64,000 nucleotides of DNA from NCBI RefSeq assembly GCF_009914755.1, contig NC_060937.1, one strand, 5' to 3'. This stretch comes from the human T2T-CHM13v2.0 reference genome, Homo sapiens. Positions 13,083 to 25,784 of the stretch are shown piece by piece. Each line of letters starts with the position of its first letter. The first letter of the stretch is position 1. The position numbers and the translations under genes are program-made. The notes beneath the pieces were generated by a model. That model was not told where the DNA came from, did not search any database, and saw nothing but the letters and a program-made list of their open reading frames with translations.

Positions 13083-14563
13083 GTCTTAGGAGAAGAGGAG
13101 CTACCTGGTAAAATTTCAGCAGCCACTGGCATGAAGGTTTTCCTTTGCCCCTGAAATCACCATCCTTGCAGTAGTGCCCTATGTACAAAGACATAGGGGT
13201 ATTTAGAGATTAAATTAAGAATAAAACACATTTCCAGAATCCAGATTACGCTGTAGCAAGGACTGTCCAGAAACCAAATCCAGGATACACAGCAAAATAT
13301 GACTTATGCAAAGGAAAATATCAATTTTCTAATGTAAGGAGGTTCTGCTCCAACCAAACACTTGCCCCACTATTGTGATGGAGAGGACATTTACTAAAAA
13401 ACAGAAAAATGAGGCTAGTTGGCTCTTTTCTTAATGTCAGTAAACTAATGATTGTGTTCTGAAGGCAGTGTATTATGATCTGCTGATGGAGGTTAGAGTT
13501 TCACATTGTGACTGAAAGTATTTTTCCATTGTTTCAGGCAAAAATCCTTATTTTTTTAAGAGAAAAGAAGAAAACTGCTGCCAGTATTAAGTAGGTCTAG
13601 AGAAATAATTAGGCATTTTTCCCTGATTATTTAATTGACCATGGTTGACCTCTATCGGTGACAATTATATTTTTTTCATGAGGAAACACTGACCTATTTT
13701 ATTCCATTTGCCTTCCAATATTTGAAAAAATGGGGGAAAAATCTAGCTTGAATGTAAATGTTTATAAATCCCTAATCATGGAAATTCGGAGGCATCTCTG
13801 GGCATTTTTATCACTGATAATCATTACCTTCAATGGAGAGTTTTCTGCATTATTGGAGAGTAGATTTCTAAAAGCGTGAAATATTACAATGTTAAATATA
13901 GCTAAGTGGGACATGAAAACTGTTTCATTTATTTTGTTATTCCAATAGGGCTTAGCTGACACACTGTTCTTGTAATATAGTCAGTGATTCAGAACCAGTA
14001 GCTTATTAAGCGGAAAAAATTAAATAGGAACTGCCTGTCATTTTGTAAACTCAATTTTCAGAGCATTTCAGCACATTCAACCAATGAGTTAGGTAATCAG
14101 AATCTCAGGAGATATTGGATTCAATGCATAATGTGTTTGTTTTAAATTATCAATGGCATTATCTATTAATTATTATCAATTGCCAACATACATTTCAACA
14201 TATTGCAATCAATATTTTGCATACTTAATAAATATTTATGAAAGATGGTGGTGGATTACAGACTGTAATAAATATATCATTGATTACAGGGTTTCCACCT
14301 ATAGCATTTACATTCAAAAAGATCAACATATTTTTACATTGGACCACAGAAAGGAGATCTAAGATGGTTCAGCTAGAAAAAATATTATTCCCAGATAAAC
14401 ATATTTATTTTATAAAATAAAATTTAGTTTGAATATTTTTATGTGCAGTAAGTCAATGCAGTGCTGAGTGATTGCTACTAAGGTATCCACACTAATTTGC
14501 ATGTACTTTGCTTTAAATATAAAAGATGTAACAGTAATTCACTCTTACTAACTGAAAAGCCTT

Positions 14564-14929
14564 GGCCAGGCGCAGTGCCTCACGCCTGTAATCCCAGCAT
14601 TTTGGGAGGCCGAGGTGGGTGAATCACTTGAGGTCAGGAGTTCGAGACCAGCCTGGCTAACATGGTGAAACCCTGCCTCTACTAAAAATACAAAATAAAT
14701 TAGCCAGGCACGGTGGTGGATGCCTGTAATCCCAGTTATTTGGGAGGCTGAGGCAGGAGAATTGCTTGAACCCAGGGAGGCGGAGGTTGCAGTGAGCCAA
14801 GATCGCACCATTGCACTCCAGCCTAGGTGACAACAGTGAAACTCTGTCGAAAAAGAGGGAGGGAGGGAGGGAGGGAGAGAGAAAAAGAAAGAAAGAGAGA
14901 GAGAGAAAGAAAGAAAAGAAAAGAAAAAG
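14564..14929 (+). mobile_element. AluS with an expanded purine tail (GAGG)n/(GA)n/(GAAA)n
   Basis: Full Alu; TSD aactgaaaagcctt at 14550-14563 and 14930-14943. Confidence 0.97.
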
Positions 14930-15719
14930 AACTGAAAAGCCTTTACCCCCAAAGGACATGATCACAAGGTAGACATTTGTGTGCAAATATTTCTGTTTGT
15001 GTTTATAAACAGTATCTTCACATATTTCTAAGAAGGCTGGTTAAGAGAAAATATGCTTACGTGCTTTCCTGAGAACATAGGGGAAATACATTATGGCTTG
15101 TAGTTTATAAATAAAAGTTAACTGCATACTCATTTCATCTTTACTTAAACTAAATAATATTCCATTAGAGTAAATGTGGTTTGTGAGTGAGGAAAATTAA
15201 TCAGGTGGTCCACACCTGGACTGAGGCAACAGTCCGATAGCTCACGGAAGCATTTCAAGAAAACCATTTAGAGTGTGGACTGTTTCAGAATGTGAACAAC
15301 ACACATTAATGTCCTGTTGATTTTCTTTGATGTTTGGGCTTATTTGAACTTCAGTTTGATGACTACTAGCCATATTTTATATGAGATGTGGTTTAGAGAC
15401 AACTTTTATAAAAACCAGTTTGCACTTGTATTCCTAAACCTATTTTTTTAAAAAAACGAATTAAACAGAGTTCAGTATAGAAATTTGGCAACTGTCTTAG
15501 TTGCTGACCCCTTAGAAATCTGGTTCCAAGTACTGTTGACAGGTTGTTATGGAATTTAAATGAGTGCCACAGTATTTAAAGCTCAGGTCAGAAGTAATAA
15601 AAACATATTGAAGAAGCAGGCTTTAATTCTAAGGAAAGACAGCTGGAAATCTGGCAAGTCTCTTTTGAGTCGATTAACCCAATTGCATCTTGACAGTTGT
15701 ACTTTTCATAGTGAGTAAA

Positions 15720-16140
15720 ATTTGATTCAACTCAATGTACATTAGGAGCATGGTGAGATATTCAAAGGTGAAAAAAAAGAGACTGGCCCCTGAGGAAGTG
15801 GAGGAGAATAAAAACAAGAAAAATGCCAGTATTTATTGAGCTCTTACTAATCCTTAGACACTATTCCAAGCACTAGTCATGATGGAATGCATAAAGAGAG
15901 ATGTAACTGGTCATGTGTGTTTGCATGTAGCTGGTGCAGAGGGAGCAGCAATGATGTCAAAATGAAGTAACTGGCATTGGAAAATTTCTTAAGATGGCAT
16001 GATTCAGAAGTCAGAGAAGAAAAGGATGGCATTCTGGGCAGATGGAATCGCATGAGCAAAGGCACACTTGCAGCAGAAACTGCAAGACATACTCAGAAAA
16101 CAGAAAGTCATATGGCTTGACTCTATCATAGGCGTGCTGG
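15720..16140 (-). mobile_element. L2/MIR relics
   Basis: atttattgagctcttacta...; ggcattctgggcagatggaatcgcatgagcaaaggcac is typical antisense L2. Confidence 0.5.
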
Positions 16141-17244
16141 ATACAGAGGGAACTTTTGCCTTCCTTAGCAATAGAGATAGTACGTTATGTAGTTTTCACA
16201 AAGATATTTAATCTCATTTGGAAATTCATACTATGTAAAATATTCTCATGGTTCTAATGAATTATGTGAATATATTTTACAGCATTTCTTCAGGACATTT
16301 ATAAATTATTTAGACTAAATAATGGCATTAAATTGAATTATATTTAATAACTTATGAAATAGTCATTAAATAGGAGTTTAGTAAATATGATTACATAGTT
16401 TATGCTATTTTTTCATCTTTGAAAATGATCAAAATTATCTTTGTGCTCTAGATTAATTTTTGATCTTATCTATTGTATCAATTTTGGAGAAAATCAGTAC
16501 AATTTTTAAAATTTTCTTTCCATGCCATTAACCCTGTGTTGCAAGTGTAATTTTGCTCTTTATGAACCACCCACATTTTCCTACTTATTACTTCTCAGTG
16601 ATTTTCCCCAGAAGACTGGATCTTGCATATGTTCGTATTCCTAACGCTATACCTGAAAGACACAGAATTACATAGTAGTAGATATCGGTCAAACAAGCAA
16701 AGGGTTAGAAATGTCTCCTACGGGGAGATGTGTTTAAAAAGTCAAATCTAGAATTAGATTGGATCTCTGTGAAACATGTTAAGATATTGTGTGAGCTCTT
16801 TCTAAAGATTCTTAGCCTCTGAAGACAGGTTTTATGTCTTAATCTCCCCAAAGGTTAGGTGTATATTTAAACCTATGTGTATATACAGGTGGATATGCAT
16901 AGATGCAAGGGTGTGTATATAAGTTCATGTATAGAAATAGGTATGGATAATTGCACATTTAATTGAACAGCCCTTGTTCATAGATGTGAAGTTTTTCCAT
17001 TCTTAAAGGGCTAATTTAATTTTACTATAACCTATCTGGTTTACCATATAACAAACAGGATAAAAGGATTTTAAAGAAAAGCCCCTCGTTGGCTTTAAAT
17101 AATACTTATGAGACTCAGAACATGTCACACAATAAGATGTTTCAACTTAACACATATTGTCCTTATGTTACTTCATCTTTTATACGTATAATGTCAAAGA
17201 CCTCTCAATCTGACTTATCTTTTAGATCACTAACAAGGAAAAAA

Positions 17245-17420
17245 CCAGAGGCTTTCAGGTAGGTTTCATGGATGGTCATGAATCCCTTGAAATTGTATAT
17301 ATGCATGTACACATAAACATATAAGTAAAGTAACATGTGTGTGCATGCATGTGCAAACATATTTCTAGAGAGAAGGTCTTTCATCACATTTTCAAAAATA
17401 TCACAGTCCCCAGAAGTTTG
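17245..17420. mobile_element. Old hAT-Charlie MITE relic
   Basis: catgaatcccttgaaattgtat...tttctagagagaaggtctttcatcacattttcaaa; subfamily uncertain. Confidence 0.4.
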
Positions 17421-17494
17421 CTTCTGAGTGTGACCCTAAATAGCTTTGATTCGAACTCAATTATAATTAAAGTTAAAATCATAAGATTTTCAGG

Positions 17495-17832
17495 AAAATC
17501 TCATGGAAGCAGAGTAGACTGGTAATTACCAGGGATTGGCTGGGGGGTGGTCCTGGGGAGGTTTTGGTCAAAGGATATGACATTTCAGGTAGACAGGAGG
17601 AATAAGTTCAACATATCCATTGTAAAGCATGACTGTAGTAATAACAATGTTTTGTATACTTGAAAATTGCCAAGAGAATAGAGTTTAAGTGTTCTTACCA
17701 CACACAAAACACTATGTGAGTTAATGCACATGTAATTAGTTTGATTTTGCCATTCTATAATGTGTATATATATCAAAACACCATGTTGTATACCATAAAT
17801 ATATACAATTATAATTTGTCAATAAAAAATAA
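17495..17832 (+). mobile_element. L1M 3' end
   Basis: ctcatggaagcagagtagactgg...tacttgaaaattgccaagaga...catgttgtataccataaatatatacaatt...aataaaaaa. Confidence 0.85.
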
Positions 17833-17886
17833 TATAATCACTATTTTTTGTAATTTTTAGCAGGAACTTTAAGAATGCTTGATAAG

Positions 17887-18193
17887 TTTTTTGTTTGTTT
17901 GTTTGTTTGTTTTTGAGATTGAGTCTTGCTCTGTCACCTAGGCTGGAGAGCAGTGGCGCGATTTTGGTTCACTGCAACATCGCCTCCCAGGTTCAAGAGG
18001 TTCTCCTGCCTCAGCCTCCTGAGTAGCTGGGACTACAGGCACCTGCCACAACGCCCAGGTAATTTTTGTATTTTTAGTAGAGATGGGCTTTCACCATGTT
18101 GGCCAGGCTGGTCTCGAACTCCCGACCTCAGGTGATCTGCCTGCCTCGGCCTTCCAAAGTGCTAAGATTACAGGCATGAGCCACCACAGCCAG
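17887..18193 (-). mobile_element. AluS
   Basis: (TTTG)n tail followed by a full antisense Alu. Confidence 0.96.
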
Positions 18194-18692
18194 ATGGTAA
18201 GTATTCTTTAGAGATTGCAAAACACTGCATTATTAATTAAAGATTAAGATACATAGATACTGGAAAGAGACAAATAGATTAAAGATAAATCGATTCAATG
18301 GATGTGGATCAGAATCCATAATGTTCTAACTTGAACTGTTGTTTTTCTGTATTCCGTAATCATAAAATTGAGGTTTTCTCTTAAGTCTACTTGCTAAGAT
18401 AAAGATATTTCCTATTAATATTAAAATTTATAATAGCTTCAAAAGACTTGTTTTAGAGCTTTAACGTGATGAGATTTGTTATAAGAAATGACATTTAATG
18501 GAATGTTTCTGGTAGAAAGCAGTGTTTTTTTCCCCAAAGCTGTGCACAGTGTTTGCCATCAGGGGTTGCTCTTCTGTCACACTTTGTGACACTCTCCTCA
18601 CAATTACCTGCTTGATCTAGTGATAATAAATCCCATCACCAAAAAACGATGCACAGCTACATTTATAAAAAGGAATACATTTGCAGGATCTC

Positions 18693-18920
18693 CAGTGGTC
18701 TGCAGACCACAGACCACAGGCTGACTATGGCCGCAGCTTGTTTTTGTAAGGAACGTTTTACTGGAGTGTACCCTCACCCATTCCTTCAGGATTTGTCTGT
18801 GGCTGCTTTGCGGCTGGGATCACAGCATTGAAGAGTTCCAACAGAACAACAGAACCACATGTTTCACAGAGCCACAGATATTTTCTAACCAGCATTTACA
18901 GAACAAGTGTGCCAATCCTC
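18693..18920. mobile_element. MER58A-like hAT-Charlie MITE
   Basis: cagtggtctgcagaccacagaccacagg...tgtttttgtaaggaacgttttactgga...tttacagaacaagtgtgccaatcc. Confidence 0.75.
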
Positions 18921-19640
18921 ACTCTAGACATTCATTGATTTCTCAATGTCTGTCATACACGCCTGTTACGTGATCCTCAGCTTTCAGCCCCCTCGCCCCT
19001 TAGATCTCACAGTCACCAAGCCTTCTAAGGGAAAGAATTTCAAGCGCCCCTCCATCTTCTTCATTTATTCGCTGGCTCAGTTCCTCTCTACCCTGCAATT
19101 GTTTCCTTTTTTGCCTCTCCTGCCTCATTTCTTCCCACTTGAAAATAATAATTTACTTTTCTGGAAATACCATTACCTGCTACTCTTGCTATAAACTGAC
19201 AAAGGTTCCCATTAGCCTTAAGAAAATGGTTAGAATCTTTATCCTGACAGAGGAGGCCTTGAAGAATCTGTTCCTGAGACCTTCATTTACAGAATCCTCT
19301 TACAGACAGCCCTCTGCCCAAGACTGCCTCTTCTACCACCTAAGTCCTGCCCACCCCTGCTTCAGGTTGCCCCATAATGCCTCACTGTCAGTCAGGCCTT
19401 TCACAGCCTCCTCCACCTGCAGGCACCACTGCTTCCTCCACACCCCTCAGCCATCACCACCTCTCATCTATACATGAAACGGAATATCCCCTTCCATTGG
19501 TGGATGCTGGGTTTGAGTTTCCCTTTCTACCTCTTCTACTAGAGTTAAGCTCACCAAAGCAAGAACTCTTTTATATCTCTTGACAGCCTCAAAACTTAGC
19601 CTAGTGCTTTGGGCAGAGTTAAGTTTAAAATATATTCTCA

Positions 19641-20018
<378 letters not shown>

Positions 20019-20339
20019 TCATGTACAAAGAATTTTGTAGGCCAACCATCAAACAAAAAAAAAAAAAACCAAAGCAAAACAAAAACAAACAAAATAAATC
20101 CAGTCCTTCAGGAGCTTATGGTCATACTCTGACCTTATTCTTACCAACTTTGTAGTTTATTGTCTCCTGTGACATGCAAGAACTGAAATTTTCTTTAGAA
20201 ATAGTTCCTATACTTTTTAAAATTTAATTTGTATTTTCCCCACTTAATTCTCATGTTATCCTCAGTTTGGTAAGTTAGTCTACATATCTAGCATCATAGC
20301 TCAAATAAAGTCTAACATACTTTAAACCCAATTAATAAT

Positions 20340-20560
20340 TATTATTAGCATTTATTAAGCATTTGTTTATTAAACACCAGTATTATTCTAGTACTTCATA
20401 CTTATTATCTCACTTAATCTCTCAAAACTCTGAGCGAGGTATTATTTTTAGAGATGAGGACACAGAGGTGGTGAGGTAATCTGACCCAGAGAATAGAATA
20501 GGTCAGGCTTCGAGCCCAGGTAGTCCATCTCATAAGCTCAGGCTGGTCAGGACTGCACCG
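20340..20560 (-). mobile_element. MIR relic
   Basis: agcatttattaagcattt...ctcacttaatctctca...ttttagagatgaggacacagagg. Confidence 0.6.
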
Positions 20561-21824
20561 TGCTACCGCAGCTAGACATGAATCTACGCAGGTGGGGCAG
20601 GGGTGAGAAGCTCAGGTCCCCCGCCTTCTCCACACCTGCCACCCCCCAGCCCAAAGAGCTGTCCAACCAGCTCAGTGTTTAAAATCCGAGTCACTTCTCA
20701 CGCATGGAATTCTCACACACCACCCGCAAGTTTTGTATTGATTTTTTTTCCTGAAGATTTTTAAATCATTTGAAAGGTATATTTACTCTCTTTCAAAACC
20801 CATGTTTTGAATTAACCATTTATTCATTCATTGAATCAACATTTACCGAAAGTCTTCTGTGCTCCAGGCATTTGGAATAAATAAATAAAACCACAGCTCA
20901 AATTATCTTGGGGCATGATATGATTAAATAGTTAATGGTTCTGGGATATCTTAATGAAATCCTTAATAGTAATGACAATAAATTAATTTATCAAATTATT
21001 TGATTTTAAAACATGTGCAGCACTTTATAGTTTCTGCACTCTACACTTTAATTTCTGAGCCTCATAATAACTCTGCAGGGTAGGTATGTAACATTCCTTA
21101 CAGATGAGAATATAGTTTCATCAAGCTTGAGCAATTTTCTCATGGCTCTCTCAAGACTGAAGTCTTCCAAGTTTGGGTTCAGTATTCCAAAGATTGGGGA
21201 CATAATGCACTCTAAGACATAGTTCTTGTACTCTTGAAAAAGTAGGTCATATTTCTACAGAAAAGGTCAGATATTTAGCTATACACTTTACTGACATCTA
21301 CTTAAATCAGAAGTTGATCTTCATGGAGTACAATTAGTTTGGTTTTTACCTGTGAATTCAATTAGCAGTATGAACAGATCTAAAGACAAATATTTCACCA
21401 TGTACTTACTTTAAGATCTAAGTTCTATTAACAAGCATGCTTCTCTGTTGAAAGCTGTACTACAGATAAACTGAATTGGATTTGCTGGTATAACAGTTAA
21501 AAGATCAGAATCAGTTTGCAAGAGGAACCACCTTCCTGATTGATTTGGATTCTGTATTCATTAGGATCCTAGACCAGGGCTTCTCTCTTCATCCCTTTCT
21601 TTTTCTCTGCTTCCTAACCTGTCCCTCTGTGGTGTGTGTACATCCTTCAGGGATAGGACATCGATCAAACCATGCAGCAATCCCAGAAGGTGGCATAGCA
21701 GAATACAACACCCTTCTTTAAACCACAAAGATCCCTGGGGACTATTTACTGTAAAATACAACTACATGGAAAGTATCTTAATTATAACATAATTCAGTTG
21801 TCAATATATCTATATTCTACATTG

Positions 21825-21981
21825 ACTCCACCTAAAACTTTGAGTTAGAATTACTTTTGGAGCTTTTTCAAAATGCACACATCAAGGACTATCCCCAGAC
21901 CCACCAGTTCCAAATCTCTTTACAGTATTTGTTACAGCCTAATGGACGGTGCTGCTGTGTAGCTACATTTGAGAACCACTG
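21825..21981. mobile_element. MER5-family MITE, degenerate
   Basis: ttagaattacttttggagctttttcaaaatgca...ccccagacc...tttgagaaccactg. Confidence 0.55.
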
Positions 21982-22419
21982 GTCAAAGGGTTGGGACATG
22001 ACCCTTCCACCCCTTTACCCTCAGAGTCATAAACAGAAGATGCTGATGTTAAAATTAAGATGTGTTTACACTGAAGAAAACTATTTTAGTTTATATATCT
22101 TCCAATTTCACAAGTAGTAAAAGGAATAAAATTATGGGGAAAATCATTACTACTTAGGCTACCACACTCCAAGAAACAGAAATTCAAGAAAAGGCATCAA
22201 GGCCACCATGTTGGGGCTCACCTCACTGTGGAGACGGCTGATTTTACCTCAAGGTGAGACAGGAACCTAGTCCAGTCCTAACAAGATCCAATCCTTCAAC
22301 CATCAAGAGGCAAAAGAAAATATCACAAGATTGGATTGGTCATTAGATCAAACTACAAGGGAAGGAGAGTGGTGCAAATAATCTAGTCCAAGGAGGAAAA
22401 TGAAACTAAAAGAGTGTCT

Positions 22420-22740
22420 TGTTTGCATTTCTTGGATGATTAGTGACATTGGGCATTTTACATATACCTATTGATTACTGTATGTCTTTCTGAAGAAATA
22501 TCGAGTTCTTTGCCTGTTTTCTAAGTGGGTTATTCATTTTTGGGTACTATTGAGTTGTAGGAATTTCTTATATATTTTAGAGATCAACCCTTTATCAGAT
22601 ACATGATTAGCAAATATTTTCTCCCATACCGTATGATGCCTTTTCACTCAGTTGACTGTGTCCTTTCCTGTGCAGAAGCTTTTGAGTTTGATGTAGTCCC
22701 ACGGTTTATTTTTGTTTTTGTTACTTGAGCTTTTGGTGTC
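22420..22740 (-). mobile_element. L1M ORF2 3' region, inverted segment
   Basis: Minus strand encodes KPWDYIKLKSFCTGKDTVN, the L1 ORF2 C-terminal region. Confidence 0.9.
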
Positions 22741-22744
22741 AATT

Positions 22745-23272
22745 CCAAGATAATTGAAATAAGAATCTGGAAGAGATATCTGCATTGTTATGTTCATTGC
22801 AACATTATTCACAGTAGCCAAGATGTAGAAACAACATAAATGTCCATCAACATTTATGTTGTCATAAACATAAATCAACAGAGGAATGGATAAAGTGTGG
22901 TGCACATATACAATGGAATACCATTCGGCTTTAAGAAAATCCTCTGATATGTGACAACATGGATGAGCCTTGAGAACATTATGGTAAGCAATATAACTCA
23001 GTCATGGAAATACAAACACTGCACAACTCCACTCATCTGAGATATCTAAAACAGTCAAATTCATAGAATCAGGGAGTGGAATGATGGTTACCAGGGGCTG
23101 AGGGAAGGGGGAGAGGAGAAGTTACTAATCAAGAGGCATAAAGTTTCAGTCAAGATGAATAGCTCCAGAGATTGGGGGTACAACATTGTACCTATAGTCA
23201 ATAATTATATATTGAACACTCACAAATTAGTTAAGAGCATATTACATGCTCTTACAGTAAAATAAAATAAAC
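22745..23272 (+). mobile_element. L1M 3' end (sense segment abutting the inverted piece)
   Basis: atgttcattgcaacattattcacagtagccaag...atggataaagtgtgg...3' UTR...aaataaaataaa. Confidence 0.88.
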
Positions 23273-23679
23273 ATTTCATTGTATAGCCTTTTAAAAGGCT
23301 GAATTGGACAGATGGGACCAATGGTAAAGGATAATATTTGAGAAATGAGAGTGGAGAACCCCTGCCCACCAGGTAAATGATTTAGAGGGCTGCTTCTTCC
23401 TTGATTCTCATGGTGATGACAGCACAGTTGCTTATGCATGAATGGGATCAATAGAAGCCTTCTTGTTAGAGGTTACCCTGGGGGAACAGGTTTTGTCACA
23501 GAGGTAACACAGAAGCACAGCTGTCCCCATGGTTCTCCTTCCCTTCCCCGCTTGTCCCCACCCTCTCTGTGCTTACAACAGGAAGGCTTTATCATATCCA
23601 TACCACTGCAGTCTTATCACAATCATCAGACACAAGACCACTGCTCAAAAATGAGCAATTATTATTTTAATGGTCATTT

Positions 23680-23890
23680 TAATGGTAGCCATTCTGACTG
23701 GTGTGAAATGGTATCTCATTGTCATTTTAATTTGTATTTCTCTGATGATTAGTGATGATGAGCATTTCTTCATGTCATTGCTGACCACATGTAGGGCTTC
23801 TTTTAATAAGTGTCTGTTCATGTCCTTTGCCCATTTGTTAACGGGGTTGTTTTTTGCCTGCTGATTTCTTTAAGTTTCCTATGGATTCCG
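23680..23890 (-). mobile_element. L1P ORF2 3' region, inverted segment
   Basis: agccattctgactggtgtgaaatggtatctcattg...tgtctgttcatgtcctttgccca. Confidence 0.9.
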
Positions 23891-23893
23891 GAC

Positions 23894-24104
23894 AGGAGCT
23901 AAACATTGAATCCACATGGACACAAAGATAGAAACAGCAGACACTGAGAACTGCTTGAGTGGAGAGGGTCAGGGAGCATGGGTTGGAAGGCTACCTATCG
24001 AGTATTTTGCTCAATACCTTGGTGACAAGATCACTTGTACACCAATCCTCAGCGACACACGATTTACCCATGTAACAAATGAACCAAAAATAAAGTAGAA
24101 AAAA
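23894..24104 (+). mobile_element. Old L1PA/L1PB 3' UTR end
   Basis: ggagctaaacattgaatccacatggacacaaaga...cctcagcgacacacgatttacccatgtaacaaa. Confidence 0.85.
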
Positions 24105-24105
24105 A

Positions 24106-24419
<314 letters not shown>

Positions 24420-25135
24420 ACACAATCCACCACTTCATATCACTAGGATGGCTATTATAATAATTTAAAAAAGGAAAAATAGCAAGTGCTGCTGTGGATG
24501 TGGATAAATTATAATCCTTGTGCATTGCTGGTAGGAATGTGAAGTGATGTAGTCATTATGGAAAACAGTTTGAGAGTTCCTCAAAATATGAAACATGGAA
24601 TTGCCATATGATCAGTAATTTTACTCCTAGGGGTGTGTGTGTGCGTAGTATAGTGTGTGTGTGCATGTGTATATATGCACGTATAGGAGTATATTCTATA
24701 TACAATAAATTATATTTTATAATCATATGTATAACATATACAATAGAATGTTATTCTTCCACAAAGAAAAAATAAATTTCTGATGTTATGTCACAACATA
24801 GATGGGTCTTGAAAATATTATATTAAGTAAAATAAGCCAGGCAAGAAAGGACAAATCTTGTATGATTTGATTTATGTGAAGTGCCAGAATGGGCAAATTA
24901 ATAAAGACCTAAAGTATATCAGAGGGCGCCAGGAACAGGGGCATGAGGGAATGGAGAATTATTGCTTAATGGATACAGAGTTTGTTTGAGATGATAAAAA
25001 AGTTTTAGAAACACATAGTGGAGATGGTTGCCAAATATTCCAAATGTAACTAATGCCACTGAATTTTAAAGGTAAGAGTGGTTAAAATGGTAAATATTAT
25101 GTTATACATACAAGTATTTTATTACAGTAGGAAAA
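24420..25135 (+). mobile_element. L1MB-like 3' fragment
   Basis: cactaggatggctatt...tgcattgctggtaggaatg...tggaaaacagtttg...atagtggagatggttg...ggttaaaatggtaaat. Confidence 0.85.
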
Positions 25136-25718
25136 GAAAAGCCCAGTTAAGCTCCTCTTAGGTCCACACGGCCCTACCTTACCTCCCAGCACCAACACTG
25201 AATGATCAGCCCACTTGGGGTCATGGCCTTCGCTGCAGAATGCAGTCTACCCCTCACTCCACCTGCAGACAGGCTCCCACTCCCCTGTCCTTGGGAACCT
25301 CATGCCAGCCAGGTAGGGGTCACTCACTTTCTGAGCACCTGAGCCTACGTTTTGCCTCCGATCCCCAGGTCCTTTTCAGCTGTTCCGAGCTTCTTGTCTG
25401 CTTTTCTCCTTACCTAGCTTGCCTTTTTGGTTTCTATAATATTTTTTCTGGTGCTGGTGGTTGGCCCAGTCTTTGCAGGGACTATTCAGCTCTCTGTATT
25501 TGGCTTTTCCAAATGTCTTGTCTGTTTACTTGGCTTCTGCCCTTTATCTGTCCTCATCCTCCCACCTCACATAGCCCAACTCTAGTCTGCTCCCGTCCTG
25601 ACTTGCTCCTGTCCTGACTTGCTCCATGTTCTGGGCCTGTCATACCTGAAACACAAACTTCTTTGTGGTTCTAAGCACCTGACTTTTAAGTGAGCCAATT
25701 CACAATCCTAAGTTTATT

Positions 25719-25779
25719 CCAGGAAGCCTCAACTCGGCTTCGTAGAGGAATCACTTGGAGAGCTTTGAAAAATACTGGT
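25719..25779. mobile_element. MER5A1-like MITE, left part
   Basis: ctcaactcggc...gaatcacttggagagctttgaaaaatactg. Confidence 0.6.
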
Positions 25780-25784
25780 AATCA

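Noticed and set aside
24918-24933. Partial CTCF-like CAGAGGGCGC (also cagagggcac at ~47659)
   Set aside because: Lacks the 5' CC of the core; the first lies within an L1
25596-25627. 16-bp tandem duplication (similar short ones at ~35281-35320, ~47750-47773 and ~59299-59334)
   Set aside because: Ordinary slippage duplications; not arrays and not CRISPR-like
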